Source: an uncultured Acidobacteriota bacterium (lineage in GTDB: Bacteria; Acidobacteriota; Thermoanaerobaculia; Multivoradales; UBA5704). From it: a stretch of DNA of 64,000 bases. Below the pieces are notes generated by a model. The model made no database searches. It had not been told where the DNA came from and worked only from the letters and a program-made list of their open reading frames with translations. The stretch covers positions 1,233,025-1,297,024 of the forward strand of contig CAWCYZ010000002.1 of the NCBI GenBank assembly GCA_963799925.1, given 5' to 3'. The position numbers and the translations under genes are program-made. Below, one piece after another: positions 20,367-29,721 of this stretch; position 1 is the stretch's first letter, and every line of letters starts with the position of its first letter.

Positions 20367-21166
20367 GCGGTCTCCACCAGAGTCTCGCGGAGGCGATCGA
20401 AGAGCCATGCCCCCGCCGCCCAGCAGACGAGGGAGACGACCGCCATCTGCACCCAGACATGGGGCGGCGGCCAGGCGCCGTGGAAGAGGGTGTCCTGATA
20501 GGCCAGAGTGAACGGCGTGAAGGGCGACAGGCGCACCACCCAGCGGATCGCCGGCAGGCCGGAGAGCGAGGCGATGGGATAGAGGATCGGCGTCAGGAAG
20601 AAGAGCAGGGTGAGGAAGTTCGCCAGCAGGTCGCGGGTGTCCTTGAAGTGGACGTTGAGCGCCGCGAAGCCGAGCGCGAGCCCCGAGATCATCGGCAGCT
20701 CGAGGAGGATCACCGCCGGGAGCAGCAGCGACGCCCAGCCGCCGACGTGGTAGCCGAGCACGAAACCGGTGACGAGCGCGGCGACGACGATCGGGATGGC
20801 GAGCAGGAGGTGGACGAGGTTCGACAGCACGACGACCATGGGCAGCAGCTCGGCCGGGAAGGCCGATTTGCGGATCAGCCCGGCGTTGGCGATGAGCGAC
20901 ATCGAGCCCTCGAGGAGCGAGGTCGACAACCAGATCCACGGGAAGAGCCCGCAGACGACGAAGAGCGCGTAGGGATCGGCGCCCGCGTTGCGCGGCTTGA
21001 AGAGGACGCTGAAGACGAAGGTGTAGACGCCGAGGAGGAGCAGCGGGTTGGCGAGCGACCAGAGGAAGCCGAGCACCGAGCCGCGGTAGCGGGCCTTGAG
21101 CTCGCGGGCGGTGAGCGTGCCCAGGAGGGGGAGGAAATGGAAGATCTGACGGGCGACCCGGAGCAT
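20363..21166 (-). CDS. ABC-2 type exporter permease (Wzm/TagG-like)
   Basis: LTARELKARYRGSVLGFLWSLANPLLLLGVYTFVF is the canonical ABC-2 N-terminal motif, followed by six hydrophobic segments. Confidence 0.9.
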   Translation of the reverse strand: MLRVARQIFHFLPLLGTLTARELKARYRGSVLGFLWSLANPLLLLGVYTFVFSVLFKPRNAGADPYALFVVCGLFPWIWLSTSLLEGSMSLIANAGLIRKSAFPAELLPMVVVLSNLVHLLLAIPIVVAALVTGFVLGYHVGGWASLLLPAVILLELPMISGLALGFAALNVHFKDTRDLLANFLTLLFFLTPILYPIASLSGLPAIRWVVRLSPFTPFTLAYQDTLFHGAWPPPHVWVQMAVVSLVCWAAGAWLFDRLRETLVETA

Positions 21167-21277
21167 CGGGGGAGAGGGGCGAGCCAGGGCAGGCGCTCCG
21201 GATACCCGCCGGCCCGGCCACCGAGCGGGAATGTAGCACGGCTTCGGGCTTACGGCCCTGCGCTAGACTGCCGCCCG

Positions 21278-23599
21278 ATGCCCGAGTGGAGCCCGGTCGA
21301 CCTCCTGCCTGGCCTCTATGTCGCGCTCCTCTTCGCCCTTCTCCAGGCTGTGCTCCGGCGCTGGTACGACCCGGTGCCGCCGGCCGTCCGGGCGGCGTTC
21401 GCGGCGGTCCTCGTCGTCCTCTTCTGGCCGGTCCTCTTCGGCGGCGAGATCCTGCTGCCGCTCGACGACCTGCGCGGGCAGGCGCCGTTTCGCCAGCTCG
21501 CCCCCACGGTGCCGCACGGCAACCCGCTCCAGGGGGACCTCATCACCCTCGTGGCGCCTGCGGCCGTCGCCGTCCGCGGCGCCTGGGCGCAGGGGCGGTG
21601 GCCGCTGTGGAACCCGCGGGTGGGGGCCGGGCTGCCGCTCCTCGCCGACCCGCAGGCGCAGGCGCTCCAGCCGCTCCTCCTCGCCGGCTATCCGCTGCCC
21701 TATCCGCGCGCCGCCGGGGTGACGGCGGCGCTGCGCGTCCTCTCCGCCCTCGTCTTCACCTTCCTGCTGCTCCGCCGGCAGGGCCTCCGCGCGGGGTCGG
21801 CGCTCGCCGGGGCGTTCGCCTTCGGGCTCGGCGGCTTCGTCCTCCTCTGGCTCGGCTGGCCGATCGCCAACAGCGCGGCCCTGCTGCCGCTCCTGCTCTA
21901 CGCGCTGGTGCGCTGCGCCCAGGAGGGCGGCCGGCGCGATCGGCTGCTGCTGGGCGTCGCGGCCGCCGCACTCCTCCTCGCCGGGCATCCGGAGACGATC
22001 GCCTACGCCCTCGCCTTGGCCGTCCTCTTCCTCGCCGATCTCCTCCGCCGCCGGCCGGCGGGCCGGCGGTGGACGCTCCTCCGCGACGCCGGCATCTCCC
22101 TCGTCGTCGCCGCGGGGATCGCCGCCCCGCACCTCTTGCCGGCGGCGGGGACGCTGCCGCGGAGCCTGCGCGCGGCGAGCCTCACCGCGCCACCGACAGC
22201 GAGCGCGAGCCGCCCCGTCGAGCGGCTCCTCCCCATTGCCGCGCCCAATGTCTTCGGCAACAGCCGCTTCCTCCACTACTGGGGGGCGAGCAACACCAAC
22301 GAGGACGCCAGCGGCTTCGCCGGCACGGCGACCCTCCTCGCGGTCCTCGCCGGGATCGCCACGGCCTTCACCGCGGGACGCCGCCGCTTCCCGCAGGAGG
22401 GGGCGGTCGCCCTGGCGACGGCGGCCGGCCTCCTCGTCCTCGCCCGGCCGCCGATCGTCGAGCGTCTCCTCGCGGCGCTGCCGGCGGCGCACGCCGTCGC
22501 GACGCCGCGGCTCGGCCTCGTCGTCGGCTTCGGGCTGGCCTATCTCGGGGCCTGCGGCCTCGAGCACCTGCGCCGCGGCGATCTGCCGGGCGGGCGGATC
22601 GCCCAGGCCGCCGTCGTCCTGGCCGGTGCCGCGGCGCTCGCCGGGCTGCTCGTCTGGGCCTATCGGGGCCATCCGTTCCCCGGCGACCCGGGACGCCTGG
22701 CGGTCTTCCGCTCCGGGTGGCTCCGCTGGCAGCTCCGCTTCCTCGCCGCCGCCGCGCTCCTCCTCGTCGCGCTGCCGCGCCGGCGCCTGATGCCCGCCGC
22801 GGTCGCGGCGCTCCTCGCGGCCGAGCTCGTCCTCTTCCACGGACCGGCCAATCCGCCGAGCCCCAGGCGGCTCGCCTTCCCGGAGAACCCGGCGACCCGC
22901 TTCCTCGCCCGCAACCTCGGCTTCGACCGCATGGCGGCGCTGGGGCCGGCCTTTCCGCCCGACCTGCCCTCGCTCTACCGCCTCGCCGACGCCCGCGCCT
23001 ACAACCCGATCACTCCCTGGGACTACGTGGAGGCGACGGCGCCCATCATCACCGCGTGGAAGGGCGAGGTGCCGGAGCTCGGCAATCCGGCGTCTCCTCT
23101 CTACGCACGGCTCGGCGTCCGCTTCGTGCTGACGGCTCCCGAGACCGGCTGCCCGCCGCCGACCTCCGTCGCCTTCCATGACGCGAGCGCCTGGATCTGC
23201 GAGCTGCCCGTCCCCCGGCCGCCGCTGTTCCTCGCTCCCCCGCCGCCGGGGGGAGGCGGCGTCCGGGTGACCGCCTTCGGGCCTGACCGGGTCAGCGCCT
23301 GGGTCGGCGCGCCCCCGGGCGGCAGCGCGAGCCGGCTCGCCACGACCCTCTACCAGGACGGCGGCTGGCGGCCGGTGGTCGACGGCCTGCCGAGGCGGCC
23401 CGAGCGCGCTCTCGGCCCCTTCGCCGCCACCTCGATCGACGGCCGGGCCGCGGGCGGCCGGGCGGTGCGCCGTGTCGAGCTGATCTATCGCCCCGCCGGG
23501 CACCTCGCCGGCTGTCTCGCCGCCGCGCTCGCGCTGGCGCTCGGCGCCCTCTGCTGGTGCCCGCCGCCGCGCCCAGCGATCCCGCGCGGCCCCCGGTAA
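21278..23599 (+). CDS. large polytopic membrane protein, YfhO-like (putative glycan/lipid-linked transferase)
   Basis: ATG at 21278 within the long ORF 20459-23599. More than 10 hydrophobic helices. The RWPLWNPRVGAGLPLLADPQAQALQPL motif resembles the YfhO family. Divergent from the Wzm/Wzt genes. Confidence 0.55.
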   Translation: MPEWSPVDLLPGLYVALLFALLQAVLRRWYDPVPPAVRAAFAAVLVVLFWPVLFGGEILLPLDDLRGQAPFRQLAPTVPHGNPLQGDLITLVAPAAVAVRGAWAQGRWPLWNPRVGAGLPLLADPQAQALQPLLLAGYPLPYPRAAGVTAALRVLSALVFTFLLLRRQGLRAGSALAGAFAFGLGGFVLLWLGWPIANSAALLPLLLYALVRCAQEGGRRDRLLLGVAAAALLLAGHPETIAYALALAVLFLADLLRRRPAGRRWTLLRDAGISLVVAAGIAAPHLLPAAGTLPRSLRAASLTAPPTASASRPVERLLPIAAPNVFGNSRFLHYWGASNTNEDASGFAGTATLLAVLAGIATAFTAGRRRFPQEGAVALATAAGLLVLARPPIVERLLAALPAAHAVATPRLGLVVGFGLAYLGACGLEHLRRGDLPGGRIAQAAVVLAGAAALAGLLVWAYRGHPFPGDPGRLAVFRSGWLRWQLRFLAAAALLLVALPRRRLMPAAVAALLAAELVLFHGPANPPSPRRLAFPENPATRFLARNLGFDRMAALGPAFPPDLPSLYRLADARAYNPITPWDYVEATAPIITAWKGEVPELGNPASPLYARLGVRFVLTAPETGCPPPTSVAFHDASAWICELPVPRPPLFLAPPPPGGGGVRVTAFGPDRVSAWVGAPPGGSASRLATTLYQDGGWRPVVDGLPRRPERALGPFAATSIDGRAAGGRAVRRVELIYRPAGHLAGCLAAALALALGALCWCPPPRPAIPRGPR

Positions 23600-23636
23600 G
23601 CCGGGGCACCTCGGGCGACCCTGGTAGAATCCCTCT

Positions 23637-23945
23637 ATGGCCGAGACCCGCAAGCTCTCCGTGCGCTGCCCGGACTGCGGCTCCGATTTAGTGATCGACG
23701 CCGCGACGGGCGAGGTCCTCTCGCACCGCAAGCCGAAGCAGCCGCTGGCGGGCGGCAAGGACCTCGATAGCCTCTTCCGCGAGATGGAGACCGGGCGGGA
23801 GAAGGCCGAGGGCGTCTTCACGCGCGAGGTCGCGGCGATGAAGGACCGCGACCGCCTGCTCGAGGAGAAGTTCCGCGAGGCCCTGAAGCGCGCCGAGGAA
23901 GACCCCGACGAAGGCCGGCCGCCGCGCCCGTTCGACCTCGACTGA
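23637..23945 (+). CDS. small zinc-ribbon protein with charged C-terminal helix
   Basis: 102-aa ORF. The N-terminal RCPDCGSDLVID may be half of a zinc ribbon. Composition is coherent. No family is recognised. Confidence 0.55.
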   Translation: MAETRKLSVRCPDCGSDLVIDAATGEVLSHRKPKQPLAGGKDLDSLFREMETGREKAEGVFTREVAAMKDRDRLLEEKFREALKRAEEDPDEGRPPRPFDLD

Positions 23946-23957
23946 AGCGCGGCGGCA

Positions 23958-24237
23958 GGAAGGATCGGCGGTAGGCTGGAAGCGTCCGGCGTCGAGGGGA
24001 AAGATTCAGCGTAGAGCGGAAGAATCGGTTGTCGCGAGGAAGGATCCGATGTTTCCTCGCTGCAGGCGTTGAAGAGGGGAAATATTCGATTCTTCCCCGC
24101 TGCAGGCGTTGAAGCAGGCGAACATTCGATTCTTCCCCGCTACAGGCGCTGAAGCAGGCGAACATTCGATTGTTCCTCGCTACAGGCGCTGAAGTGGGCG
24201 AAGGATTCGATTCCCCTTCCTCATGCGCCAGATTGGC
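23958..24237. repeat. 7-unit tandem array of a 40-bp repeat (20-bp sub-period at the left end) carrying GAA-N2-3-TTC palindromes
   Basis: Units start at 23958, 23998, 24038, 24078, 24118, 24158 and 24198. The units at 24118 and 24158 are 36/40 identical (GCGAACATTCGATTCTTCCCCGCTACAGGCGCTGAAGCAG). The array degenerates toward both ends. Confidence 0.85.
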
Positions 24238-24411
24238 GCGATCCAGCAAATCAGCTATACTCTCGTCGGCTGCACCGGCCCGCCCCTTCGCCGCTCCCGT
24301 GGCCCCGAGCTCGAACCCAATCCGCTCAACATGCGATTTCGTGGTGGCTCTGATCCGGGGCGAGGACCGTTGTTTGCAACGAGCCCATGAGGCTCGGGAA
24401 AGGACATCGCT

Positions 24412-25950
24412 TTGAGTCCATGGTGGCTGCGCCCCACAGCAGAGGGCGCAACGAACGAATCAGACGCTGACGAGAAACGCGAGGCCGAGAGCCGCGCCGC
24501 CACACCGGCGGCCGAGCCCGCGGCGGCACCCCCGGCCACCGAGCCGGCGCACCAGGAGCCGCCCCCCGCGAGCTTCCCGCGCTCCCAGGCCTTCGAGCCC
24601 CGCTCCGTCGCCCCTCCTGCCGAAGCTCCTTCCGTCTGGGAGCCCCGCGAGTCTCCCCGTGAAACCGCGGCATCCGAGCCCGCATCGCTCCAGGCCGAGG
24701 CTCAATCCCCGGCGCTCCACACGGCTGAGCCCCACCGCCATGCCGAGCGCTTCCATGACGCCGCCGCCTCGACCACCGAACCGGCAGCCATCGCGACGGA
24801 AGCCGCGAGCCATGCCCCCGAGGTGAGCCCGGCGCTCGACGGCGAAACCGCCGAGCGCGAGGAAGGCCAGGGCGAGGCCGGGGGCGAGAAGAAGCGCTCG
24901 CGCTCGCGCCGCAGCCGCGGCGGACGCCGCAAGTCCGGCCGCAGCGCCGGAGCCGCCCCGTCGCCCGGTACGCCGGGCGCGGACGACGAGGACGACGATT
25001 TCGAGGTCGAGGACGAGGCGCTCGAGACACCGGAGACACAGCCGGCCCCCGCGCCGGTCGCCCAGATCCATCACCGCGGACGGGAGGCGCGAGAGGCGCG
25101 TGAGACGGCGAAGCCGGCGGAGAACAACTTCTACCTGCCGCCCGACTACGAGATCTCGCCGCGCGAGGTCTTCGTGCCGGTCGAGCGCCCCCGCAGCCAC
25201 AACGACGAGCGCAAGATCGCCCTCTTCTGCGATCTCGAGAACATCGCTCTCGGCGTGCGCGACTCGGAGGTCGGCAAGTTCGACATCCACCGCGTGCTCG
25301 AGCGGCTCCTCGAGAAGGGCAAGATCATCGTCAAGAAGGCCTACGCCGACTGGGAGCGCTACAGCGACTACAAGCGTCCCTTCCACGAGGCCGCGATCGA
25401 GCTGATCGACATCCCGCAGAAGTATTACTCGGGCAAGAACAGCGCCGACATCAAGATGGTGGTCGACGCGATGGACCTCTCCTACTCGAAGGAGCACCTC
25501 GACACCTTCGTCCTCCTCTCGGGCGACAGCGACTTCTCGCCGCTGGTCTCGAAGCTCAAGGAGAACAACAAGTACGTCATCGGGATCGGGGTGAAGAACT
25601 CGTCGTCGAACCTCCTGGTCGACAACTGCGACGAGTTCATCTACTACGAGGACGTCTGGCGCGACTCCGCCAAGGCGCCCCAGCTCGCCGGCCTCACCAA
25701 GAAGGCGGCCGAGGCGTTCAGCCTGATGGTCGAGTCGATCCAGGCGCTGGTGCGCGAGAACAAGGACGTCCTCTGGGGCTCGATGATCAAGCAGACGATG
25801 CAGCGCAAGAAGCCCTCGTTCAACGAAGGCTACTTCGGCTACAGCACGTTCTCCGAGCTGCTCGAGGACGCCGAGCGCAAGAACATCATCAAGCTGAAGA
25901 AGGACCAGCGCTCCGGCACCTACATCGTGACCGGCTTCGCCAAGCGCTAG
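24412..25950 (+). CDS. NYN (LabA-like PIN) domain protein with C-terminal OST-HTH/LOTUS domain and ~270-aa disordered N-terminus
   Basis: KIALFCDLENIALGV...VKKAYADWERYS...IPQKYYSGKNSADIKMVVDAMDL...FVLLSGDSDFSPLVSKLKENNKYVIGIG matches NYN/LabA. The C-terminus LWGSMIKQTMQRKKPSFNEGYFGYSTFSELLEDAE matches OST-HTH. The TTG start at 24412 is uncertain. Confidence 0.85.
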   Translation: MSPWWLRPTAEGATNESDADEKREAESRAATPAAEPAAAPPATEPAHQEPPPASFPRSQAFEPRSVAPPAEAPSVWEPRESPRETAASEPASLQAEAQSPALHTAEPHRHAERFHDAAASTTEPAAIATEAASHAPEVSPALDGETAEREEGQGEAGGEKKRSRSRRSRGGRRKSGRSAGAAPSPGTPGADDEDDDFEVEDEALETPETQPAPAPVAQIHHRGREAREARETAKPAENNFYLPPDYEISPREVFVPVERPRSHNDERKIALFCDLENIALGVRDSEVGKFDIHRVLERLLEKGKIIVKKAYADWERYSDYKRPFHEAAIELIDIPQKYYSGKNSADIKMVVDAMDLSYSKEHLDTFVLLSGDSDFSPLVSKLKENNKYVIGIGVKNSSSNLLVDNCDEFIYYEDVWRDSAKAPQLAGLTKKAAEAFSLMVESIQALVRENKDVLWGSMIKQTMQRKKPSFNEGYFGYSTFSELLEDAERKNIIKLKKDQRSGTYIVTGFAKR

Positions 25951-25957
25951 CCGCTGG

Positions 25958-25995
25958 CCGGGAGGGCGGGGCCGAGGACCGCTCCGCCTTCCCGG
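25958..25995. terminator. hairpin between convergent genes
   Basis: CCGGGAGGGCGG-14 nt-CCGCCTTCCCGG (11/12 complementary). Confidence 0.4.
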
Positions 25996-26532
25996 TCACC
26001 CTCCGACCCCCATCAAGCCCGCCGCTTCGATCCATTCGATACGGCGCCAGCTCCGCTCGCGCCCGGGCACCGGCACCAGGCCGGCTCGCACGAGCCCGTC
26101 GCCGAGGAGCCCGACGAAGCGGTGCTGTCCCCTGACCACCGCGAGATTGAGGAAGAACTCGCGGGCGTCGCCGCGCTGCTCGACGACGAAGCGGAGCGCC
26201 TCGGTGCCCGGCCGCGGGTTGACGGCGAGCACCTGGGCGAAGGGAATGCGCCGCGGCCGGAAGGTATGGAGCGGCTGATAGGCGATGCCGTCGTCGTCGA
26301 TCTCGACCGCCGGCAGCCCCGCCGTCCACCAGATCTTCGCCAGGCTCCCCACGAAGAGGACGCTGTAGGCGAGGAGCACCCCGAAGCCGCGCCCCCAGGC
26401 GCCCCGTTCGTCGCTCGGCAGCAGACCGGTGAAGCCGCCGAGGACGACGACCAGACCCATCCCCCACAGCATGGCGCGGCGGCAGGTGCTCCGCACCCAG
26501 GGTCTGAACGGGAAGCGCTCGGCGGCAGTCAT
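25996..26532 (-). CDS. membrane protein (two TM helices plus PH-like soluble domain)
   Basis: ATG at 26532 within ORF 25996-26646. Hydrophobic segments MLWGMGLVVVLGGFTGLL and GFGVLLAYSVLFVGSLA. No family is recognised. Confidence 0.5.
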   Translation of the reverse strand: MTAAERFPFRPWVRSTCRRAMLWGMGLVVVLGGFTGLLPSDERGAWGRGFGVLLAYSVLFVGSLAKIWWTAGLPAVEIDDDGIAYQPLHTFRPRRIPFAQVLAVNPRPGTEALRFVVEQRGDAREFFLNLAVVRGQHRFVGLLGDGLVRAGLVPVPGRERSWRRIEWIEAAGLMGVGG

Positions 26533-26597
26533 GCGGTCGATAGTACCCGCGGAGCAGTGCGATACTCTTACGTGAACGCACCCTCGAGGAGGAATCC

Positions 26598-27467
26598 ATG
26601 AGAAAGCTCTCCCTTGCGGCCGTCGCCGCCGTATCGGCCATCGCAACGCTCGCCGCCGCTACCACGGCGATGGCCCAGCAGGTCGACTTTCCGCGCCCGA
26701 GCCCCAACGCCAGCGTCTCGCAGATGGTGGGGATCACCGAGATCACGCTCCACTACAGCCGGCCGGGGGTCAAGAACCGCAAGATCTGGGATGGCCTGGT
26801 GCCCTACGGGCAGGTCTGGCGGACGGGCGCCAACGAGAACACCACGATCTCGTTCTCGACCCCGGTCAGGATCGGCGGCCACGAGCTGCCGGCCGGCACC
26901 TACGGCCTGCAGACCATCCCCACCGCCGGCGACTGGACGGTGATCTTCAGCAAGGACGCCGAGCTCTGGGGCGCCTTCGACTACAAGGCCGAGCACGACG
27001 CTCTGCGCATCCAGGCGAAGCCGCGGCCGGCCGAGCCGCAGGAGCGGATGAGCTTCGAGCTCACCGACCTTTCCGACACCTCGGCCACGGTGGTGCTGCG
27101 CTGGGAGCGGCTCGCCGTGCCGTTCACCGTCGAGGTCGACACGCCGAAGCTCGTCCTGGCGCGGGCGCAGTCGAACCTCGGCTGGCGCTCGCTCAATCAG
27201 GCCGCCGCCTACTGCCTGCAGAACGGCCCCTGCGCCGGCGGCGAGGGCATCCGCTGGGCCGACGCCTCGATCGCCATCGACGGCAACTTCACCAACTATC
27301 AGACCAAGGCGCGGCTGCTGGCCAAGAAGGGCGACTACAAGCAGGCCGTCGCCGCCGGCGAGAGGGCGCTCGCGGCGGCGAAGGGCGCGGCCCAGCCGCC
27401 ACCCGCGACGGCCATGGCCGAGCTCGAGACGTCGCTCAAGGAGTGGCGGTCGAGCGCGAGCCGCTAG
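26598..27467 (+). CDS. DUF2911 domain-containing exported protein with TPR-like C-terminus
   Basis: Signal peptide, then SPNASVSQMVGITEITLHYSRPGVKNRKIWDGLVPYGQVWRTGANENTTISF...GHELPAGTYGL, which matches the DUF2911 pattern. Confidence 0.8.
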   Translation: MRKLSLAAVAAVSAIATLAAATTAMAQQVDFPRPSPNASVSQMVGITEITLHYSRPGVKNRKIWDGLVPYGQVWRTGANENTTISFSTPVRIGGHELPAGTYGLQTIPTAGDWTVIFSKDAELWGAFDYKAEHDALRIQAKPRPAEPQERMSFELTDLSDTSATVVLRWERLAVPFTVEVDTPKLVLARAQSNLGWRSLNQAAAYCLQNGPCAGGEGIRWADASIAIDGNFTNYQTKARLLAKKGDYKQAVAAGERALAAAKGAAQPPPATAMAELETSLKEWRSSASR

Positions 27468-27541
27468 CTGGATTCGCCGATCGACCCGCCGATCGATCCG
27501 GCAGCGGGCGGCGGGCCACGGCCCCCGCCGCTCGCTGCACC

Positions 27542-28210
27542 TCAATCGTCGAACGCCACGAGCCAGCCCGGCAGCTCGAGCACTCCCGCGAGGCAGGCGA
27601 GGGGCAGCCGCGACTCGAGCTCATGGCGCGCGTGGGAGCCGCTGCAGACGCCGAGCGCCGCCACCCCGGCGGCGCGCGCCATCTCGAGGTCGTGGACCGA
27701 GTCGCCGATCATCAGCGCCGCCCCCGGCGCGACCCCCAGCTCGTCCAGGACGTCGCGGAGCATCTGCGGGTGCGGCTTCGACGGCGCTTCGTCGGCGGTC
27801 CGCGTCGCCTGGAAGCGGTCCGCGAGGCCGTTCGTACGCAGCGCGTCGTCGAGGCCGCGCCGGCTCTTCCCCGTCGCCACCGCCAGGAGATAGCCATCCG
27901 CCGCCAGCCGCGCCAGCAGCTCGGGAACGCCGCCGAAGAGCACCTGGCGGTCGCGATAGGTGGCGAGCCAGCGGTCGCGGTACTGGGAGACCACCCGCGC
28001 GAAGAGGCCGTCCCCGCCGCCCGGCGACAGCCGGTCGATCGTCTCGCGGAAGCCGAGCCCGATGGTGTCGCGGATCACCGCCTCGTCCGGCGCCGCGATC
28101 CCGCAGTCGACGAACGCCTCCCGAGTGCAGGCGACGATGGTCGCGATCGAGTCCATCAGGGTGCCGTCCCAGTCGAAGACCAGCAGCTCGAAGGGACGCC
28201 CGGCCGTCAT
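27542..28210 (-). CDS. HAD-superfamily hydrolase (phosphoglycolate phosphatase-like)
   Basis: LLVFDWDGTLMDS (DxDGT motif I), AVATGKSR (motif II-like), MIGDSVHDLEMA (motif IV). Confidence 0.85.
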   Translation of the reverse strand: MTAGRPFELLVFDWDGTLMDSIATIVACTREAFVDCGIAAPDEAVIRDTIGLGFRETIDRLSPGGGDGLFARVVSQYRDRWLATYRDRQVLFGGVPELLARLAADGYLLAVATGKSRRGLDDALRTNGLADRFQATRTADEAPSKPHPQMLRDVLDELGVAPGAALMIGDSVHDLEMARAAGVAALGVCSGSHARHELESRLPLACLAGVLELPGWLVAFDD

Positions 28211-29715
28211 CGTCCGGCGATCCTAGCAGCCGGCTCGAACCGCCAGACGTCCGCGCCCAGCAGCGCCTCGTGCTCGCGCTCGACGTAGCGGCCGCGGAGG
28301 AAGGCGAGGAACGCCGGGCTCACCTCGCGATGCCCGCGCAGGAGCCAGACGCGGCGCGGCCGCGCGCGGTCGAGGAGGTCTCGCGTCGCGGCGAGGCTCG
28401 CGTCGTCGCCCGCCAGCAGGTCCAGCCGCCGGCGCGAGCCGAGCCGCGCGAAGTAGTAGTCGAAATACTCGCGGTAGTAGGCGCGGCCGAGGACGACGAC
28501 GCCCCGGTCCGGCTCGGGGTCGGCCGCGACGACCCGGGCGACCGCCTGACGGAATTGCTCCTTCTCCGGTAGCCGGTAGAAGCGGACGACGAAGAGGAGG
28601 TGAGCGAGGAGGAGGACGAGGGCGAGCCCGGCGGCGAGCGTCAGGCGCATTCCGGCGGCGAGCACGGTGAACGCCCGCGCGAGGAGCAGGTAGGCGGCAG
28701 GCAGGCAGACGATCAGGTTGCGGCTGGTGAGGAGCGGGAAGGCGAGGTAGGAGACGGCGGCCGCGCCGGCCGCCGGCACGGCGAGCCAGAGCGCGAGGAG
28801 GAGGGAGGGGGAGAGCGGCCCGAGCGGCCGCTCGGGCTCGCGCACGCTCTCGCCGCGCCGGCGGGCGCGCCAAGCCTTGGCCAGAGCGAGGAGGCCGATC
28901 GCGACCGCCAGGGCCGACAGGGTGCGCGACTCGTTGAACAGGAACTTGAGATACCAACCGACCGTCACCAGGCTGGGGGGCGGGATCCACGCCCAGGAGT
29001 GGGAGTGCCGCTTCTGGAGCACCAGGTACCAGAGCCCGGGCCCGTACCCGGCGAGAAGGAGGGAGAAGGTGACGACGGCCGCCGAGCGCGCCCGGCCGCG
29101 GGCGAGGAGCACCGCCACCCCGCCTTGGAAGAACGCCAGGCCGGCGCCGAAGTGATGGAGGTAGCAGGCCGCGAGCGCCGAGGCCAGGAAGCCGGCGACG
29201 AGCCACGGCGAGGCGGCTTCCCCCTCGCCCCAGCGGCGCAGCAGCGCCACCCAGAACGCTCCGGCGACGAGGACCGCGAGGAGCAGACAGGCGTAGGGTC
29301 GCGCCTCCTGACTGTAGTAGATCGGGCACCAGAGGACGGCGACGAGCCCGGCGGCGACGAGCCCCTCGGCAGGGCCGTAGAGGAGCTTCCCGAGCGCGAA
29401 GATCGCGGCGATCGAGAGCACGCCGCAGATCGCCGAGGGAAGCCGGAGCAGCGCCTCCGAGTTCCCCAGGTGCCGCTGGACGAGATGGAGGACGAGGTTG
29501 AAGGTCGGCGGATGGCCATCGCCCCCGAGCGTCTTCTTCAGCACCGCGGCGACGGTCGGCTGGGCGCTCGCCCGCGCGCTGTCGAGCTCGTCGTTCCACA
29601 GCGACTCGCGGCCGAGCCCATGGAACCGCAGGCCGGCGCCGACGAGGAGGAAGAGACCGAGGAGCGCCGCCTGCGCTACCTGGCGGCGGCGCCCGCCGCG
29701 GAGAGCGCCCTCCAT
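28207..29715 (-). CDS. GT39/ArnT-like (PMT_2) membrane glycosyltransferase
   Basis: GLRFHGLGRESLWNDELDS...GHPPTFNLVLH...YYSQEARPYA and about 11 TM helices. Typical of dolichyl/undecaprenyl-phosphate-sugar dependent transferases. Confidence 0.8.
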   Translation of the reverse strand: MEGALRGGRRRQVAQAALLGLFLLVGAGLRFHGLGRESLWNDELDSARASAQPTVAAVLKKTLGGDGHPPTFNLVLHLVQRHLGNSEALLRLPSAICGVLSIAAIFALGKLLYGPAEGLVAAGLVAVLWCPIYYSQEARPYACLLLAVLVAGAFWVALLRRWGEGEAASPWLVAGFLASALAACYLHHFGAGLAFFQGGVAVLLARGRARSAAVVTFSLLLAGYGPGLWYLVLQKRHSHSWAWIPPPSLVTVGWYLKFLFNESRTLSALAVAIGLLALAKAWRARRRGESVREPERPLGPLSPSLLLALWLAVPAAGAAAVSYLAFPLLTSRNLIVCLPAAYLLLARAFTVLAAGMRLTLAAGLALVLLLAHLLFVVRFYRLPEKEQFRQAVARVVAADPEPDRGVVVLGRAYYREYFDYYFARLGSRRRLDLLAGDDASLAATRDLLDRARPRRVWLLRGHREVSPAFLAFLRGRYVEREHEALLGADVWRFEPAARIAGR

Positions 29716-29721
29716 CGCCGC

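Noticed and set aside
23958-24237. Possible CRISPR array.
   Set aside because: The repeats abut each other with a 40-bp period and no unique spacers. They degenerate gradually, and no cas genes are nearby. This is a tandem repeat, not a CRISPR.
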